The notes under the pieces are model-generated. The model was not told where the DNA came from. It saw only the letters and a program-made list of their open reading frames with translations, and made no database searches. From the NCBI GenBank assembly GCA_963777605.1, contig CAVZRV010000010.1:539849-603848 (forward strand): a DNA stretch of 64,000 bases. The letters are read 5' to 3'. This document shows positions 31,138 through 40,707 of this stretch, piece by piece. Position numbers and translations under genes: made by a program. Numbering within the stretch: the first letter of the stretch is position 1; each line of letters starts with the position of its first letter. This stretch comes from an uncultured Acidobacteriota bacterium (lineage in GTDB: Bacteria; Acidobacteriota; UBA6911; RPQK01; JAPXNP01).

Positions 31138-31462
31138 GAAACTTCATTTGGGATGAGTTCCTGGTTCCTGGTTTCTCGTTCCTGGAGGGAGAGTAATCCA
31201 GGCAGCCGTGCCCTGGTATGGCGGCCGGGCAGCTTGCCCGGCGGAATTGAACATTCTCAATCCAGGATTCTTGATTTCCGGTTTGTTCTGAAACAGTCCG
31301 CCATCGGGGCTGAATCGCACTTTCAGTGCTGCATTGCCCTCTCGGCTCCCATTCCCCGGGCGTTGCCGACAGGCTGAAAATGACCCTGCGCCGTTGGCGT
31401 GCTCATCTGGCGATGCTCCACCAGTTTCACTCTTTGAATGGTCTCCGCGGCGCGGAGAGGGC
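31138..31462 (+). repeat. ~325-bp hairpin-rich dispersed element, copy 1
   Basis: Near-identical (about 20 differences by eye) to the reverse complement of 56545-56868. Confidence 0.92.
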
Positions 31463-31553
31463 AGGACTTGAAACTCCCGCCGTTGAGGACGAAACTGGTA
31501 TTGCACAGCAACCTGAAACCGACACTGGAGTGAATCCGACGGGGGACCTGACG

Positions 31554-32393
31554 ATGCCTGCGTTGAATGTTGAGAAAGTACTCTGTCCTGTTGATTTGAG
31601 TGAGATTTCCGGAGCGGTTCTGTCCTGGGCGGGCATGGTGTCGTGGTCCTTCAGAGCCAATCTGACCGTTTTTCACGCCGACTGGTTTGAACTGCCGCCC
31701 TACTTTACCCATTCGCAGATCGAGGAATTGAGCCGGCAGTCCGAGGCCGAGCGGCAGTTTCTGGTTGAATCCCTGCGTGCTCTGGTGAAGGAGAGAATCA
31801 GCCCGGAAGTGATGACATCGGTTGAGGTTGGCAAGGGACATGCCATCGAGTTGATCGACGAGATCCTGGTCCGGGACCAGCCCGACCTGGTGGTGCTGGG
31901 AAGCGAGGGCCGGACCGGAATTTCGCGCCTGATGATGGGCTCGGTGGCGGAAAACGTGGTCAGGTCGGCCCACTGCCCGGTTCTGGTTGTCCGTTCCATG
32001 AGTGTGCCCTCATCAGTGGAACGGGTCCTCGTCCCGGTTGACTTTGATGACCGGTCCAGGGAACTCGTGGAGATCGCCGCCGAGATTGCGGGGCGGTTCG
32101 GTGCCGAAATGATCGCTCTCCACGCTTCGGAGCAGGCGTCTTCGGAGTCAGAAGACCAGCTCTGCTCCTTTATTCCGGCTGCGAGCCGGGATCATTGCCG
32201 GGTGCGGGAACTGGTGCGGCAAGGGGATTTCGCAGAGCAGATCGTCCTTGCGGCGCGGGAGGAAGAAGTGGATCTCGTGATCGTTCCGGTTCGGCGGCAG
32301 ACCTTTCTCGAGTTCACAACGATGGGTGGGGAGACGGAACGGGTGATCCGCCACTGCAGCCGGTCGGTACTCACCGTCCCATTTCACGGGTAG
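31554..32393 (+). CDS. Universal stress protein (tandem USP domains)
   Basis: KVLCPVDLS, DLVVLGSEGRTG..GSVAENVVRSAHCPVLVV, and a second domain RVLVPVDFD. Confidence 0.92.
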   Translation: MPALNVEKVLCPVDLSEISGAVLSWAGMVSWSFRANLTVFHADWFELPPYFTHSQIEELSRQSEAERQFLVESLRALVKERISPEVMTSVEVGKGHAIELIDEILVRDQPDLVVLGSEGRTGISRLMMGSVAENVVRSAHCPVLVVRSMSVPSSVERVLVPVDFDDRSRELVEIAAEIAGRFGAEMIALHASEQASSESEDQLCSFIPAASRDHCRVRELVRQGDFAEQIVLAAREEEVDLVIVPVRRQTFLEFTTMGGETERVIRHCSRSVLTVPFHG

Positions 32394-32411
32394 GGATGTG
32401 AAGGTTCAGGC

Positions 32412-33581
32412 TCAGGACGCCAGGGCCTGCTCGAGATCGGCGATCAGGTCGTCGGGGTCTTCGATTCCGAGGGCGAGCCGGATCAGGTTGTCCCGGATCC
32501 CGAGGGCCTCCCTCCGATCCGGTTCCAGTTCCCAGAAGCTCATAAGGGCGACATGATCGACCAGCGTCTCGACCCCGCCGAGGCTCGGTGCCAGCCGGGG
32601 GATTCGGAGGCGATCCACAAACCGGGTTGTCTTCTCAAAGTCGCCGTCGATCAGGAATGTGACGACGCCTCCGAAACCGGACATCAGCTCTGACGCCACC
32701 CCGTGGTCGGGGTGTGAAGGGAGTCCCGGGTAGAAGACCTGCAAGATGCGGGGATGGGATTCGAGAAACCGGGCCACCTTGAGTCCGTTTGTATTGTGCC
32801 TCTGAACCCTCAGGTCGAGTGTCTTCAGGCCGCGTTCGAGCAGAAAAGCCGTGTTCGGATCGCAGATCCCGCCCAGGGTCATCAGGAACTCCCGGACCGG
32901 GTCGATTAACTCGGCACGACCCGCGATCACACCCGCGATCAGGTCGTTGTGACCGCCGAGATATTTGGTGGCCGAATGGGTGACGATATCGGCTCCAATC
33001 TCCAGCGGACGGAAGTTGACCGGGGTGGCAAAAGTGCTGTCTACGACGGTCACTACACCACGGGCCCTGGCAACTTCCACCAGGCGTCGAACGTCGAGGA
33101 CACGGAGATAAGGGTTAGTGGGTATCTCCGAAAAGATCAGCCGTGTTTCGGGACGGATCACCGACTCGACCGCCGCCATCGAAGGCTCTACCAGGTCCAG
33201 TTCTATTCCGAACTTGCCCAGAAAGTAGCTGAAGTCCCGGGTGCGCCGGTAGGAGTCGCTCGTGAGGATGAGGCGATCTCCGGATTTGAGGTACCACAGA
33301 AAAAGAGTCGTGACTGCCGCCATTCCGCTGCCGAACAACTGTGCCGACTCGGCCCCTTCCAGGGCAGCGAGGCGGGCTTCCACGGCGTTCACGGTCGGGT
33401 TCCCCATTCGCCCGTACTCGGGTTGCCGCCGATCCGACCGCCCTTCCATGAAGGCCTTCAGTTCTCCCGTTGAGGAAAACGAAAAGGGGGCCGAGTGAAC
33501 GATGGGAGGGGTCACGGATCCTTCGGTGTGGTCGCGCCGGGAGCCGGAGTGCACGCAATCGGTCGAATTGATCTTTCCCAT
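32412..33581 (-). CDS. PLP-dependent cystathionine gamma-synthase/trans-sulfuration enzyme
   Basis: [38 protein letters not shown] and SLGGVETL. Confidence 0.92.
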   Translation of the reverse strand: MGKINSTDCVHSGSRRDHTEGSVTPPIVHSAPFSFSSTGELKAFMEGRSDRRQPEYGRMGNPTVNAVEARLAALEGAESAQLFGSGMAAVTTLFLWYLKSGDRLILTSDSYRRTRDFSYFLGKFGIELDLVEPSMAAVESVIRPETRLIFSEIPTNPYLRVLDVRRLVEVARARGVVTVVDSTFATPVNFRPLEIGADIVTHSATKYLGGHNDLIAGVIAGRAELIDPVREFLMTLGGICDPNTAFLLERGLKTLDLRVQRHNTNGLKVARFLESHPRILQVFYPGLPSHPDHGVASELMSGFGGVVTFLIDGDFEKTTRFVDRLRIPRLAPSLGGVETLVDHVALMSFWELEPDRREALGIRDNLIRLALGIEDPDDLIADLEQALAS

Positions 33582-33651
33582 GGAAGCACTAATGATAGCA
33601 GGAGTCGCGTTGGGCCTGCGTTTCACCACCCTTGATGAGCGCCCCTCAGGT

Positions 33652-34662
33652 TTAACCTTTTGCCGACCTGGATGCGGCGGCCAGGATCTCGGTTGGGGTG
33701 GCGGTGCCGGTCATGCCGATCTTCTGCACAGTCACGGACGCGGCCAGCACCGCAAGTTGGGCGGCGTCACGTGGATTGGCTCCTGCCGCGAAGGCGGACC
33801 CGAGGGACGCACTGACGGTGTCGCCGGCTCCCACCGTGTCGATCGGCCCGCGAACCGGAATCGCACCGACACGGCACGGGCTGGTCCCGTCGTAGAAGTG
33901 GATTCCTTCGGCTCCCGCGGTCAGGAAGACGGTCCGGCCGGTCTTTCCGTACAAGAGTTTCAGTAAATCCGGAAGCGTATCAGTGCCGGGAAAGAGGGCC
34001 CGGGCTTCCGCCAGGTTCGGTTTGATCATGACGTTGCGAAACCGTCCAATATAGTTCCGGGAATCGGCAAGAACTGAAATCTGGCTGCTGGTTGCGCCCA
34101 ATTCACTCAGGTGATTCCGAACCGCTTCCGTCAAGACTCCGCAATTCTCCTCCTGGACCTGGTCAAGGGCGATGACCGAGCCTCCGTCTTTGACGGCCTG
34201 GTCGAGGGCGGTCATGATCGCACGCTCCAACAACTGGTCGGTCGGGACCCGGTTCTTGATATCGAAGCGTTCTCCTTCCACTCCGGGACCTTCTCCGTCA
34301 CGGAACATCGGCTTCGTGTAGACCGGAGTGAGCCGGTCGGATGCCGTCAAGAGGCCGGTGGTGTCTACACCCATCGATTTCAGGGCGCGCCTCAGCTCGA
34401 AGCCGGCGCCGTCGTCGCCGGTAAACCCGATTGCGCGAATCCGGCCAACCCCGAGAGCGACCAGGTTGTTGACCACGGTGCCGGCTGCCCCTGGGAAGGC
34501 CCGAACGGCGGAAACCTGGTTCGACCGGAGCCCGGTTTCGATCGACAATTCGGCGAGGCCGTTTTCAACCGTCCAGTACTGGTCGAGGAAGAAATCTCCG
34601 ATGACCGTGACCGTGGCCTGGCCGAGTTGCCGGATTATGGCGTCGATTCGGTCGACATGCAT
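33652..34662 (-). CDS. PfkB family kinase (RfaE/HldE domain I-like)
   Basis: VIGDFFLDQY, PGAAGTV, IKPN and DTVGAGDT. Confidence 0.88.
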   Translation of the reverse strand: MHVDRIDAIIRQLGQATVTVIGDFFLDQYWTVENGLAELSIETGLRSNQVSAVRAFPGAAGTVVNNLVALGVGRIRAIGFTGDDGAGFELRRALKSMGVDTTGLLTASDRLTPVYTKPMFRDGEGPGVEGERFDIKNRVPTDQLLERAIMTALDQAVKDGGSVIALDQVQEENCGVLTEAVRNHLSELGATSSQISVLADSRNYIGRFRNVMIKPNLAEARALFPGTDTLPDLLKLLYGKTGRTVFLTAGAEGIHFYDGTSPCRVGAIPVRGPIDTVGAGDTVSASLGSAFAAGANPRDAAQLAVLAASVTVQKIGMTGTATPTEILAAASRSAKG

Positions 34663-34667
34663 GATTT

Positions 34668-35642
34668 TCAGCCACCTGCCGAAAGCCGGTTAACCCATCG
34701 ATAGAGGCCGGGAAAGGTCTCCCGGTGCTCGCCGCGGACGTAGTAACTCTCTCCTCCGTCCCGAACGGTGCGCACCAGCAGTGTCTTGAAGGGGCGAAAA
34801 TAGTAGCGAGGATCGCCTCGCGGAGGTTCAGAGTCGAGATCATTGCCGAGTTCCACCAGGTCGAATACGGCCGTTGTGAAATGGCGGATCTGCCGACCCT
34901 CCTGGCGGGCGACGTTGCGGGCCATGGAGAGGGCCTTGAGAAACACTTCCGGACCCATGACGGCAGTGCCGAAATTGAGCAGGACCCCACCCTCCATCGA
35001 TGTAACCGACTGAGCGAAGACCAGGAAATCATGGTAGGACGCTCGCCCGACCGCACCCCCATCGCAGTCGGGATGCTCATGGATGATGTCGTAGCCGATG
35101 CCGATGTGCGCGGTGGCCGGGACCCCGAGGCGGTAGGCGCCTGCCAGGACACTGATGTCCCGGTTCGGAAAATCGCCTTCCTGGATCGCCTTCCCGATTG
35201 TCTCCCCGAAGCCCGCATGTTCCGCTGCGGCCTCAACGGCGATCCGGTTCAATCGGCCGGTTTCCTTCCAGAGGCCAAACTGACCCACCTGAATGTAATC
35301 GGCAACACTCTCGGTGGTCGCGCCAATCAGGGCCATCTCGAAATCGTGAATGGGCCCGGCGCCGTTCATCGCAACGTGAGTGATCCAGCCATTCTCCATC
35401 ATTCGAATCAGGTATCGGGCGACCCCGGCGCGCAGCAAGTGAGCCCCCATCATCAGAATCACGGCTGAACCCCGTTCTCGGGCTGCCAGAATCGACCGGG
35501 CAATCCGGCGAAGGGTATCGTCTTCGGGAACGGGCCGGTCTTCCAGATCCATCACCGTGTCGAGGCCCAGCAGGTTTCTCCGTTCGGACAGAGGCAGCAA
35601 CTCGAGCCGGGTGCGATCGAACGTTGGATAACGGCTTGGCAT
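34668..35642 (-). CDS. Uncharacterized deoxyhypusine-synthase-like fold protein
   Basis: MMGAHLLRAG, AMNGAGPIHDFE, IGYDIIHEHP, GTAVMGPEVFLKAL and GEHRETFP. Confidence 0.7.
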   Translation of the reverse strand: MPSRYPTFDRTRLELLPLSERRNLLGLDTVMDLEDRPVPEDDTLRRIARSILAARERGSAVILMMGAHLLRAGVARYLIRMMENGWITHVAMNGAGPIHDFEMALIGATTESVADYIQVGQFGLWKETGRLNRIAVEAAAEHAGFGETIGKAIQEGDFPNRDISVLAGAYRLGVPATAHIGIGYDIIHEHPDCDGGAVGRASYHDFLVFAQSVTSMEGGVLLNFGTAVMGPEVFLKALSMARNVARQEGRQIRHFTTAVFDLVELGNDLDSEPPRGDPRYYFRPFKTLLVRTVRDGGESYYVRGEHRETFPGLYRWVNRLSAGG

Positions 35643-35644
35643 GG

Positions 35645-36442
35645 CTACATCCTCAATTCTGCAAGGATCGAATCGATTTCCCGGAAGTCGGCCACGATCA
35701 GGTCGGCACCCGCTTCGGTCAGGCGCCGCTTCTTCCATTCGTCATAGCCCGCCCTGTTCTTCTCGTCACTGGCAACCCCGACGGCAGTCCCGCCTACCTT
35801 CTTGGTCTCCTCGATTTCAACGTAACCGTCCCCGAAAGCAACCAGTTCATGGCCTCCCAGGCTTTCTTCCGTCAGCAGCCGGTCGATGATTTGTCGCTTG
35901 GAAAAGGCGTGGTAATCGTCCAGGGCCCCAAAAACTCGATCGCCGAAATAGGTCTCGAGTCCAAGGAGGCGGACTTCTTTGCGGACAAACTCCAGATCGG
36001 TGCCGCTGGCCAGGTAGAGATCGACGTCGCGGTGCCGCAGTGCCTCCAGGATCTGGTACGATCCGGAAACGAGCCAATCCTCCGGCCCGCAGCGGCCCGT
36101 TTCCAGGCCCTCCAAGCGATCCCGGATCACCATCCAGAGTCGGTCATGGTATTCCCGCTTGTAGACAAGTGGATCCAGCGGGCGGCCCCCACGGGACTCG
36201 ATTTCCTTGGCCAGCCGGATCATCTGGTAGATGGTCTGCTTGCCGGTCAGGCGGGCGACGTATTCGGCGACGTAGTCACCGAGCTCGTTCGGGTCGAGGC
36301 CTGGTTCGACCTCCAGGAGGGTCTCGACCATGAAGTTGATCATGATCGCCTGCCATCCTTCCCGGATGAGCGAGAGAGTCCCGTCAAAGTCAAAAAGTGC
36401 AGCTCGAACACGAACTTCCGGAACAGGGCGGATTCTGATCAC
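35645..36442 (-). CDS. HAD family hydrolase
   Basis: FDFDGTLSLIREGWQ, LASGTD and FGDGYVEIE. Confidence 0.88.
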   Translation of the reverse strand: MIRIRPVPEVRVRAALFDFDGTLSLIREGWQAIMINFMVETLLEVEPGLDPNELGDYVAEYVARLTGKQTIYQMIRLAKEIESRGGRPLDPLVYKREYHDRLWMVIRDRLEGLETGRCGPEDWLVSGSYQILEALRHRDVDLYLASGTDLEFVRKEVRLLGLETYFGDRVFGALDDYHAFSKRQIIDRLLTEESLGGHELVAFGDGYVEIEETKKVGGTAVGVASDEKNRAGYDEWKKRRLTEAGADLIVADFREIDSILAELRM

Positions 36443-36531
36443 AGGACCTTCCAGTCTTCGAAGCCGGTATTCTAACAGGAGCCGTGTCCGGGTGTTCGAT
36501 CCGGTCCCTGAAGGCGTTAGGATAGGGACAT

Positions 36532-37317
36532 ATGGCTAAAGACGACAATGAAAAGGAAAACGCGTTTTCACGATTGGAGTATCGGCGTTACGTGGCATGG
36601 TCAACCCGGATCCAGCGCGAGGCGCCGCTAATTCTCGACACACTGAACCGGACTGCTGAACGGAAGGTCCTGGATCTTGGATGCGGAACGGGAGAGCACT
36701 CCCGTTTCCTGGCCGGTGAGGGCTTCGAAGTGGTGGGGGTGGACCGCTCGGAGACACTGTTGGCGCAGGCTCAGGCCGAGCCCGAGTCCGCCGGGGTGCA
36801 GTTTGTGCACTGCGACCTGCGGGATCTTTCCGGTCTCGAGTTCGGCCGGTTTGGAGGGGCCATCTGCCTCGGAAACACCCTGGTGAACCTTCGCGAGGAG
36901 TCGGACCTGGAGCGATTTGCCCAGGGCCTCTCCGGGTCGCTCGTGCCGGGTGGCCGAATTCTGATTCAGATCCTCAACTATTTCGGTCTTCGCGAACGCA
37001 AGGTTCGGCACCTGCAATTGAATTTTCTGGAGGACGAGGGCGGGGAACGGGTCTTCCTTCGGATGATGCAGTACCTTCCCGAAGGATTGGTTCGCTTCTA
37101 TCCGGTGACTCTCAAGCTCGACCCGTCCGCTGAGCAGCCGGTTGAGCTCGTGCATGCTCGTGCCGTGGAGTTGCGCGGATGGGAACTGGGCGAGATCAAG
37201 CCGATCCTGGAACGCAATGGGCTTCGTGTTGTGCGCGTGCTGGGTGACATGGTGGATGCGGCCTTCGACCCGGTCAATTCGAGCGACCTCGTGGTGATCG
37301 CAGAACGCCCGGCTTGA
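36532..37317 (+). CDS. Class I SAM-dependent methyltransferase
   Basis: VLDLGCGTGEH and CLGNTL (glycine/sarcosine N-methyltransferase-like). Confidence 0.88.
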   Translation: MAKDDNEKENAFSRLEYRRYVAWSTRIQREAPLILDTLNRTAERKVLDLGCGTGEHSRFLAGEGFEVVGVDRSETLLAQAQAEPESAGVQFVHCDLRDLSGLEFGRFGGAICLGNTLVNLREESDLERFAQGLSGSLVPGGRILIQILNYFGLRERKVRHLQLNFLEDEGGERVFLRMMQYLPEGLVRFYPVTLKLDPSAEQPVELVHARAVELRGWELGEIKPILERNGLRVVRVLGDMVDAAFDPVNSSDLVVIAERPA

Positions 37318-37401
37318 GGTTCCGGTTGATCTTGCCCCCGGCGCCGGACGACAGTAAGATCGTGGAAGTCAACTACATGTATTCCAGGGAGAAAGAGTGA
37401 C

Positions 37402-38316
37402 ATGATCAAAGAACTTAAGAGGCGTGAATTTCTCAAGGTCTCCGGCGCCACTGCGGTGGCGGGTGCGGTTGCGGCAAGTTCGCCCCTCCTCGCGCAGGCC
37501 GGAAAACCGAAACGGCGCTTCAAAAAGACTCTCAAGTACGGAATGGTGAAGGAGAACCTGTCGATCGCGGACAAGTTCCAGCTGCTCAAGGATCTGGGCT
37601 ACGATGGTGTCGAACTGGACAGTCCCAGTAAACTCGACCCGAAGGAAGTTCTTCGAGCTCGAGATAGCGTCGATTTTCCGATCCCCAGCCTGATCGACTC
37701 GGTCCATTGGAGCAAGACCCTTTCCGATCCCGATCCCAAGGTCCGCAAGGAAGGGCGCGAGGGACTGGAGTTTGCCTTGCGCCAGGCCGCCGAGTTTGGG
37801 GCAACCACCGTTCTGCTGGTTCCGGCCGTCGTCAATGCCGAGGTCCCCTATGACGTTGCCTACGGGCGATCCCAGAACGAGATCCGAAAAGCAATCGACG
37901 TTGCCGAAGAGACCGGTGTCAAGATCGCCCTGGAGAATGTCTGGAACCAGTTCCTGTACAGCCCGCTGGAGATGGCGCAGTATATTGACGAACTGGACAG
38001 CCCCTTTGTTGGTTCCCATTTCGACGTCGGAAATGTCGTCAATTTTGGCTGGCCGGAGCACTGGATTCGAGTCCTCGGTTACCGGATTCTCAAGCTCGAC
38101 ATTAAGGAGTACAGCAAGGAAAAGCGGGACAAGGAAGGACCGTTCGCCGGCTTCGACGTCAAACTGGGCGATGGAAGCATCAACTGGCCATCGGTGCGGG
38201 ATGCGCTTGAACAGGCCGGTTACGAGGGTTGGGTCTCGGCCGAGGTCCAGGGCGGGGACCGGATCTGGCTCAAGGAACTCTCGGAGCGGATGGACCGGGT
38301 TCTCGGGTTGACCTAG
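37402..38316 (+). CDS. Sugar phosphate isomerase/epimerase (AP_endonuc_2 TIM barrel), Tat-exported
   Basis: KRREFLK signal, ALENVWN, HFDVGN and KLDIKEY. Confidence 0.88.
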   Translation: MIKELKRREFLKVSGATAVAGAVAASSPLLAQAGKPKRRFKKTLKYGMVKENLSIADKFQLLKDLGYDGVELDSPSKLDPKEVLRARDSVDFPIPSLIDSVHWSKTLSDPDPKVRKEGREGLEFALRQAAEFGATTVLLVPAVVNAEVPYDVAYGRSQNEIRKAIDVAEETGVKIALENVWNQFLYSPLEMAQYIDELDSPFVGSHFDVGNVVNFGWPEHWIRVLGYRILKLDIKEYSKEKRDKEGPFAGFDVKLGDGSINWPSVRDALEQAGYEGWVSAEVQGGDRIWLKELSERMDRVLGLT

Positions 38317-38346
38317 CCCGAAATTCGTCCGGGGATTTCGAATGGA

Positions 38347-38432
38347 AACGCCAAGTCGCAAAGAGCGCAAAGGCTCTATTGCTGTGAAAACCAAGAGAAT
38401 ATTCGCGTTCTTGGCGCCTTGGCGCCTCGGCG
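38347..38432. repeat. Imperfect palindromic intergenic element built of CGCCAAG-like units
   Basis: The arms ACGCCAAGTCGCAAAGAGCGCAAA and TTCGCGTTCTTGGCGCCTTGGCGCC are complementary. Confidence 0.65.
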
Positions 38433-38500
38433 GGTGACGCTCTCTCTCGGCAAGTTCCACTTCTTGTGTGAACTCCGCGGTGAGGGGTTCGGATCAGACT

Positions 38501-39772
38501 ATGGAATGGTCAGTGCGGCTCGCTTACGGGCAATCCGGTCTGACGGTGGCTTTGCCGTCGGAACGGACGACGGTTATTGAACCCCGCTTTGCGCGTGGGC
38601 TGAATGACGAAATTGGAGCTCTGAGGGATGCTCTGCGGCACCCGATTGGAGTGTCGCCGTTGAACTGTCTCGTCAGCAGTACCTCCCGGGTGGCCATCTC
38701 CATCTGCGACGCCACCCGGGCTATCCCAACGCGGCGCATTCTTCCGACCATTCTGGATGAACTCGCCCACGTTCCGCCGTCGAACGTCAGGATTCTGGTC
38801 GCGACCGGGACCCACCGGGGAACGTCGGAAGCGGAACTGGACCGCATTGTGGGCTCGGAGATCCGGTCCCGCTATCAGGTTCTTGACCACGATTGCCGGC
38901 GAAACGACGAACTCGAGTGGCTGGGCAGAACCGACCGGGGCACCCCGATCTGGCTGAATCGCCACTGGCAGGAGGCGAACGCGCGGATTACGGTGGGATT
39001 CGTGGAGCCGCATTTCTTTGCCGGCTTCAGCGGTGGACCGAAATTGGTGGCCCCCGGACTGGCGGGACTCGAGACGGTCATGGCGCTGCACAGTGCCCAG
39101 TTGATTGCGGACCCTTTTTCGACGTTTGGGGAGATCGAACGGAACCCGATCCATTCTGAGATCCGAGAAATTGCGAGACGCTCCGGTGTCACGTTCAGCG
39201 TCGATGTTTCGATCAACCGGGACCGGGAGATCACCGGTGTTTATGCCGGAGACCTGTTCACCGCCCACGCGCAGGCCTGTAAATACGTCAAAGCCTCCGC
39301 CATGCAACCGGTCGGCGAGCCTTTCGACATCGTCGTGACGACGAACAGCGGCTATCCGCTCGACCTGAATCTCTACCAGTCGGTCAAGGGGATCGCGGCG
39401 GCCGCTCGGATTGTGCGGGAGCGCGGAACCATAATCTGTGCGGCGGAGTGTTCGGACGGGCTCCCGGATCACGGCTCGTACGGAGAAATTCTCGCGACTT
39501 GCGGGAGTCCCCGGGAGGTCCTGGACCTGGTGATGAGCCCGGGCTACTCGCGGCAGGACCAGTGGCAGGCGCAGATACAGGCGCAAATTCAACTCGGCGC
39601 CGACCTGTATGTCAAAGCGGACGGGCTCTCGGACGAACAGTTGGAACGAGCTCACGTGAAGCCGGTTGCCGACATTGAGGCACTGATCAGTCGAGAACTG
39701 GACCGGCTGGGGCCATCGGCCCGGATTTGCGTTCTCCCCGAGGGGCCCCAGACAATACCCTACCTGGACTGA
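38501..39772 (+). CDS. larA: Nickel-pincer-dependent lactate racemase LarA family protein
   Basis: DATR, ATGTHR, EPHFFAGFSGGPK, GYPLDLNLYQSVKG, DQWQAQ and LPEGPQTIPY. Confidence 0.9.
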   Translation: MEWSVRLAYGQSGLTVALPSERTTVIEPRFARGLNDEIGALRDALRHPIGVSPLNCLVSSTSRVAISICDATRAIPTRRILPTILDELAHVPPSNVRILVATGTHRGTSEAELDRIVGSEIRSRYQVLDHDCRRNDELEWLGRTDRGTPIWLNRHWQEANARITVGFVEPHFFAGFSGGPKLVAPGLAGLETVMALHSAQLIADPFSTFGEIERNPIHSEIREIARRSGVTFSVDVSINRDREITGVYAGDLFTAHAQACKYVKASAMQPVGEPFDIVVTTNSGYPLDLNLYQSVKGIAAAARIVRERGTIICAAECSDGLPDHGSYGEILATCGSPREVLDLVMSPGYSRQDQWQAQIQAQIQLGADLYVKADGLSDEQLERAHVKPVADIEALISRELDRLGPSARICVLPEGPQTIPYLD

Positions 39773-39782
39773 AGGAGTTCAC

Positions 39783-40685
39783 ATGACAACGATGACGCGA
39801 CGTGGTTTTCTGGGCACGGCAGCCGCCCTGGCGACGGTGCCTGTCATTCTGGGGGCTGATCGGGCGAGGCCCGTGTGCGTTTTCTCAAAGCACCTGCAGT
39901 GGCTCTCATATGAAGAAATGGCCGAGCGGGTGGCCGAACTGGGATTTGACGGGGTGGACCTGACGGTCCGGGCCGGGGGTCACGTCGAGCCCGCGAACGC
40001 CATCAGGGACCTGCCTCGGGCAGTGAAGGCCATCAAGGAACGAGGACTGGCCGTTCCCATGATGACCTCCGACATCACCACCGTGAACGAGACCTCGCGG
40101 GCGACGCTGGAGACGGCGGCCGAGCATGGGATCCGGTTCTATCGGCTCGGCTATTACCAGTACTCCAGGGACAAGTCACTCGACGACAGCCTCGCAGAGA
40201 TCAGGCGGCAACTGGGTGCCCTGGCGGAGCTGAACGAGAAGTTGAGGATCTGTGGAGACTACCAGAACCACGCGGGCGAAGGATATTTCGGGGCTTCGAT
40301 CTGGGATCTCTGGTTTGCCACGCGCGACCTCGACTCTCGCTGGATCGGAAGCCAGTTCGATCTCCGCCACGCGACGGTGGAGGGAGCGATGGCCTGGCCG
40401 ATCGATCTCCGCCGTGTTATGGACCGGGTGCACACTGTCGTAGCCAAGGACTTCCGATGGACCGACGACGGAACCGTCGCGAACTGCCCGCTGGGAACAG
40501 GATTGGCCGATTTTCCGCGGTTCTTTGATATCGTCGGTCGCACCGGTGCTCCTCTGACCGTTCACTACGAGTATCCCCTCGGCGGGGCCAACGAAGGGGC
40601 GCGGAAATTGACCGTTCCTGCCGAAACGGTACTCGGCGCCATGCGCCGCGACCTGGCAGTCGTCCGCAAGTGGCTGGCCGCCTGA
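39783..40685 (+). CDS. Sugar phosphate isomerase/epimerase TIM barrel, Tat-exported
   Basis: TRRGFLG, FSKHLQW, DLTVRAGGHV, YQNH, KDF and HYEYPL. Confidence 0.88.
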   Translation: MTTMTRRGFLGTAAALATVPVILGADRARPVCVFSKHLQWLSYEEMAERVAELGFDGVDLTVRAGGHVEPANAIRDLPRAVKAIKERGLAVPMMTSDITTVNETSRATLETAAEHGIRFYRLGYYQYSRDKSLDDSLAEIRRQLGALAELNEKLRICGDYQNHAGEGYFGASIWDLWFATRDLDSRWIGSQFDLRHATVEGAMAWPIDLRRVMDRVHTVVAKDFRWTDDGTVANCPLGTGLADFPRFFDIVGRTGAPLTVHYEYPLGGANEGARKLTVPAETVLGAMRRDLAVVRKWLAA

Positions 40686-40707
40686 TCTCGGTTCGCCGAG
40701 TTCGAAT

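Noticed and set aside
31144-31506. ORFs within the 325-bp repeat (also 56536-56862 and 56629-56853)
   Set aside because: Differences between the copies are largely non-synonymous in both open frames, no protein family is recognisable, and the longer frames lack a shared start.
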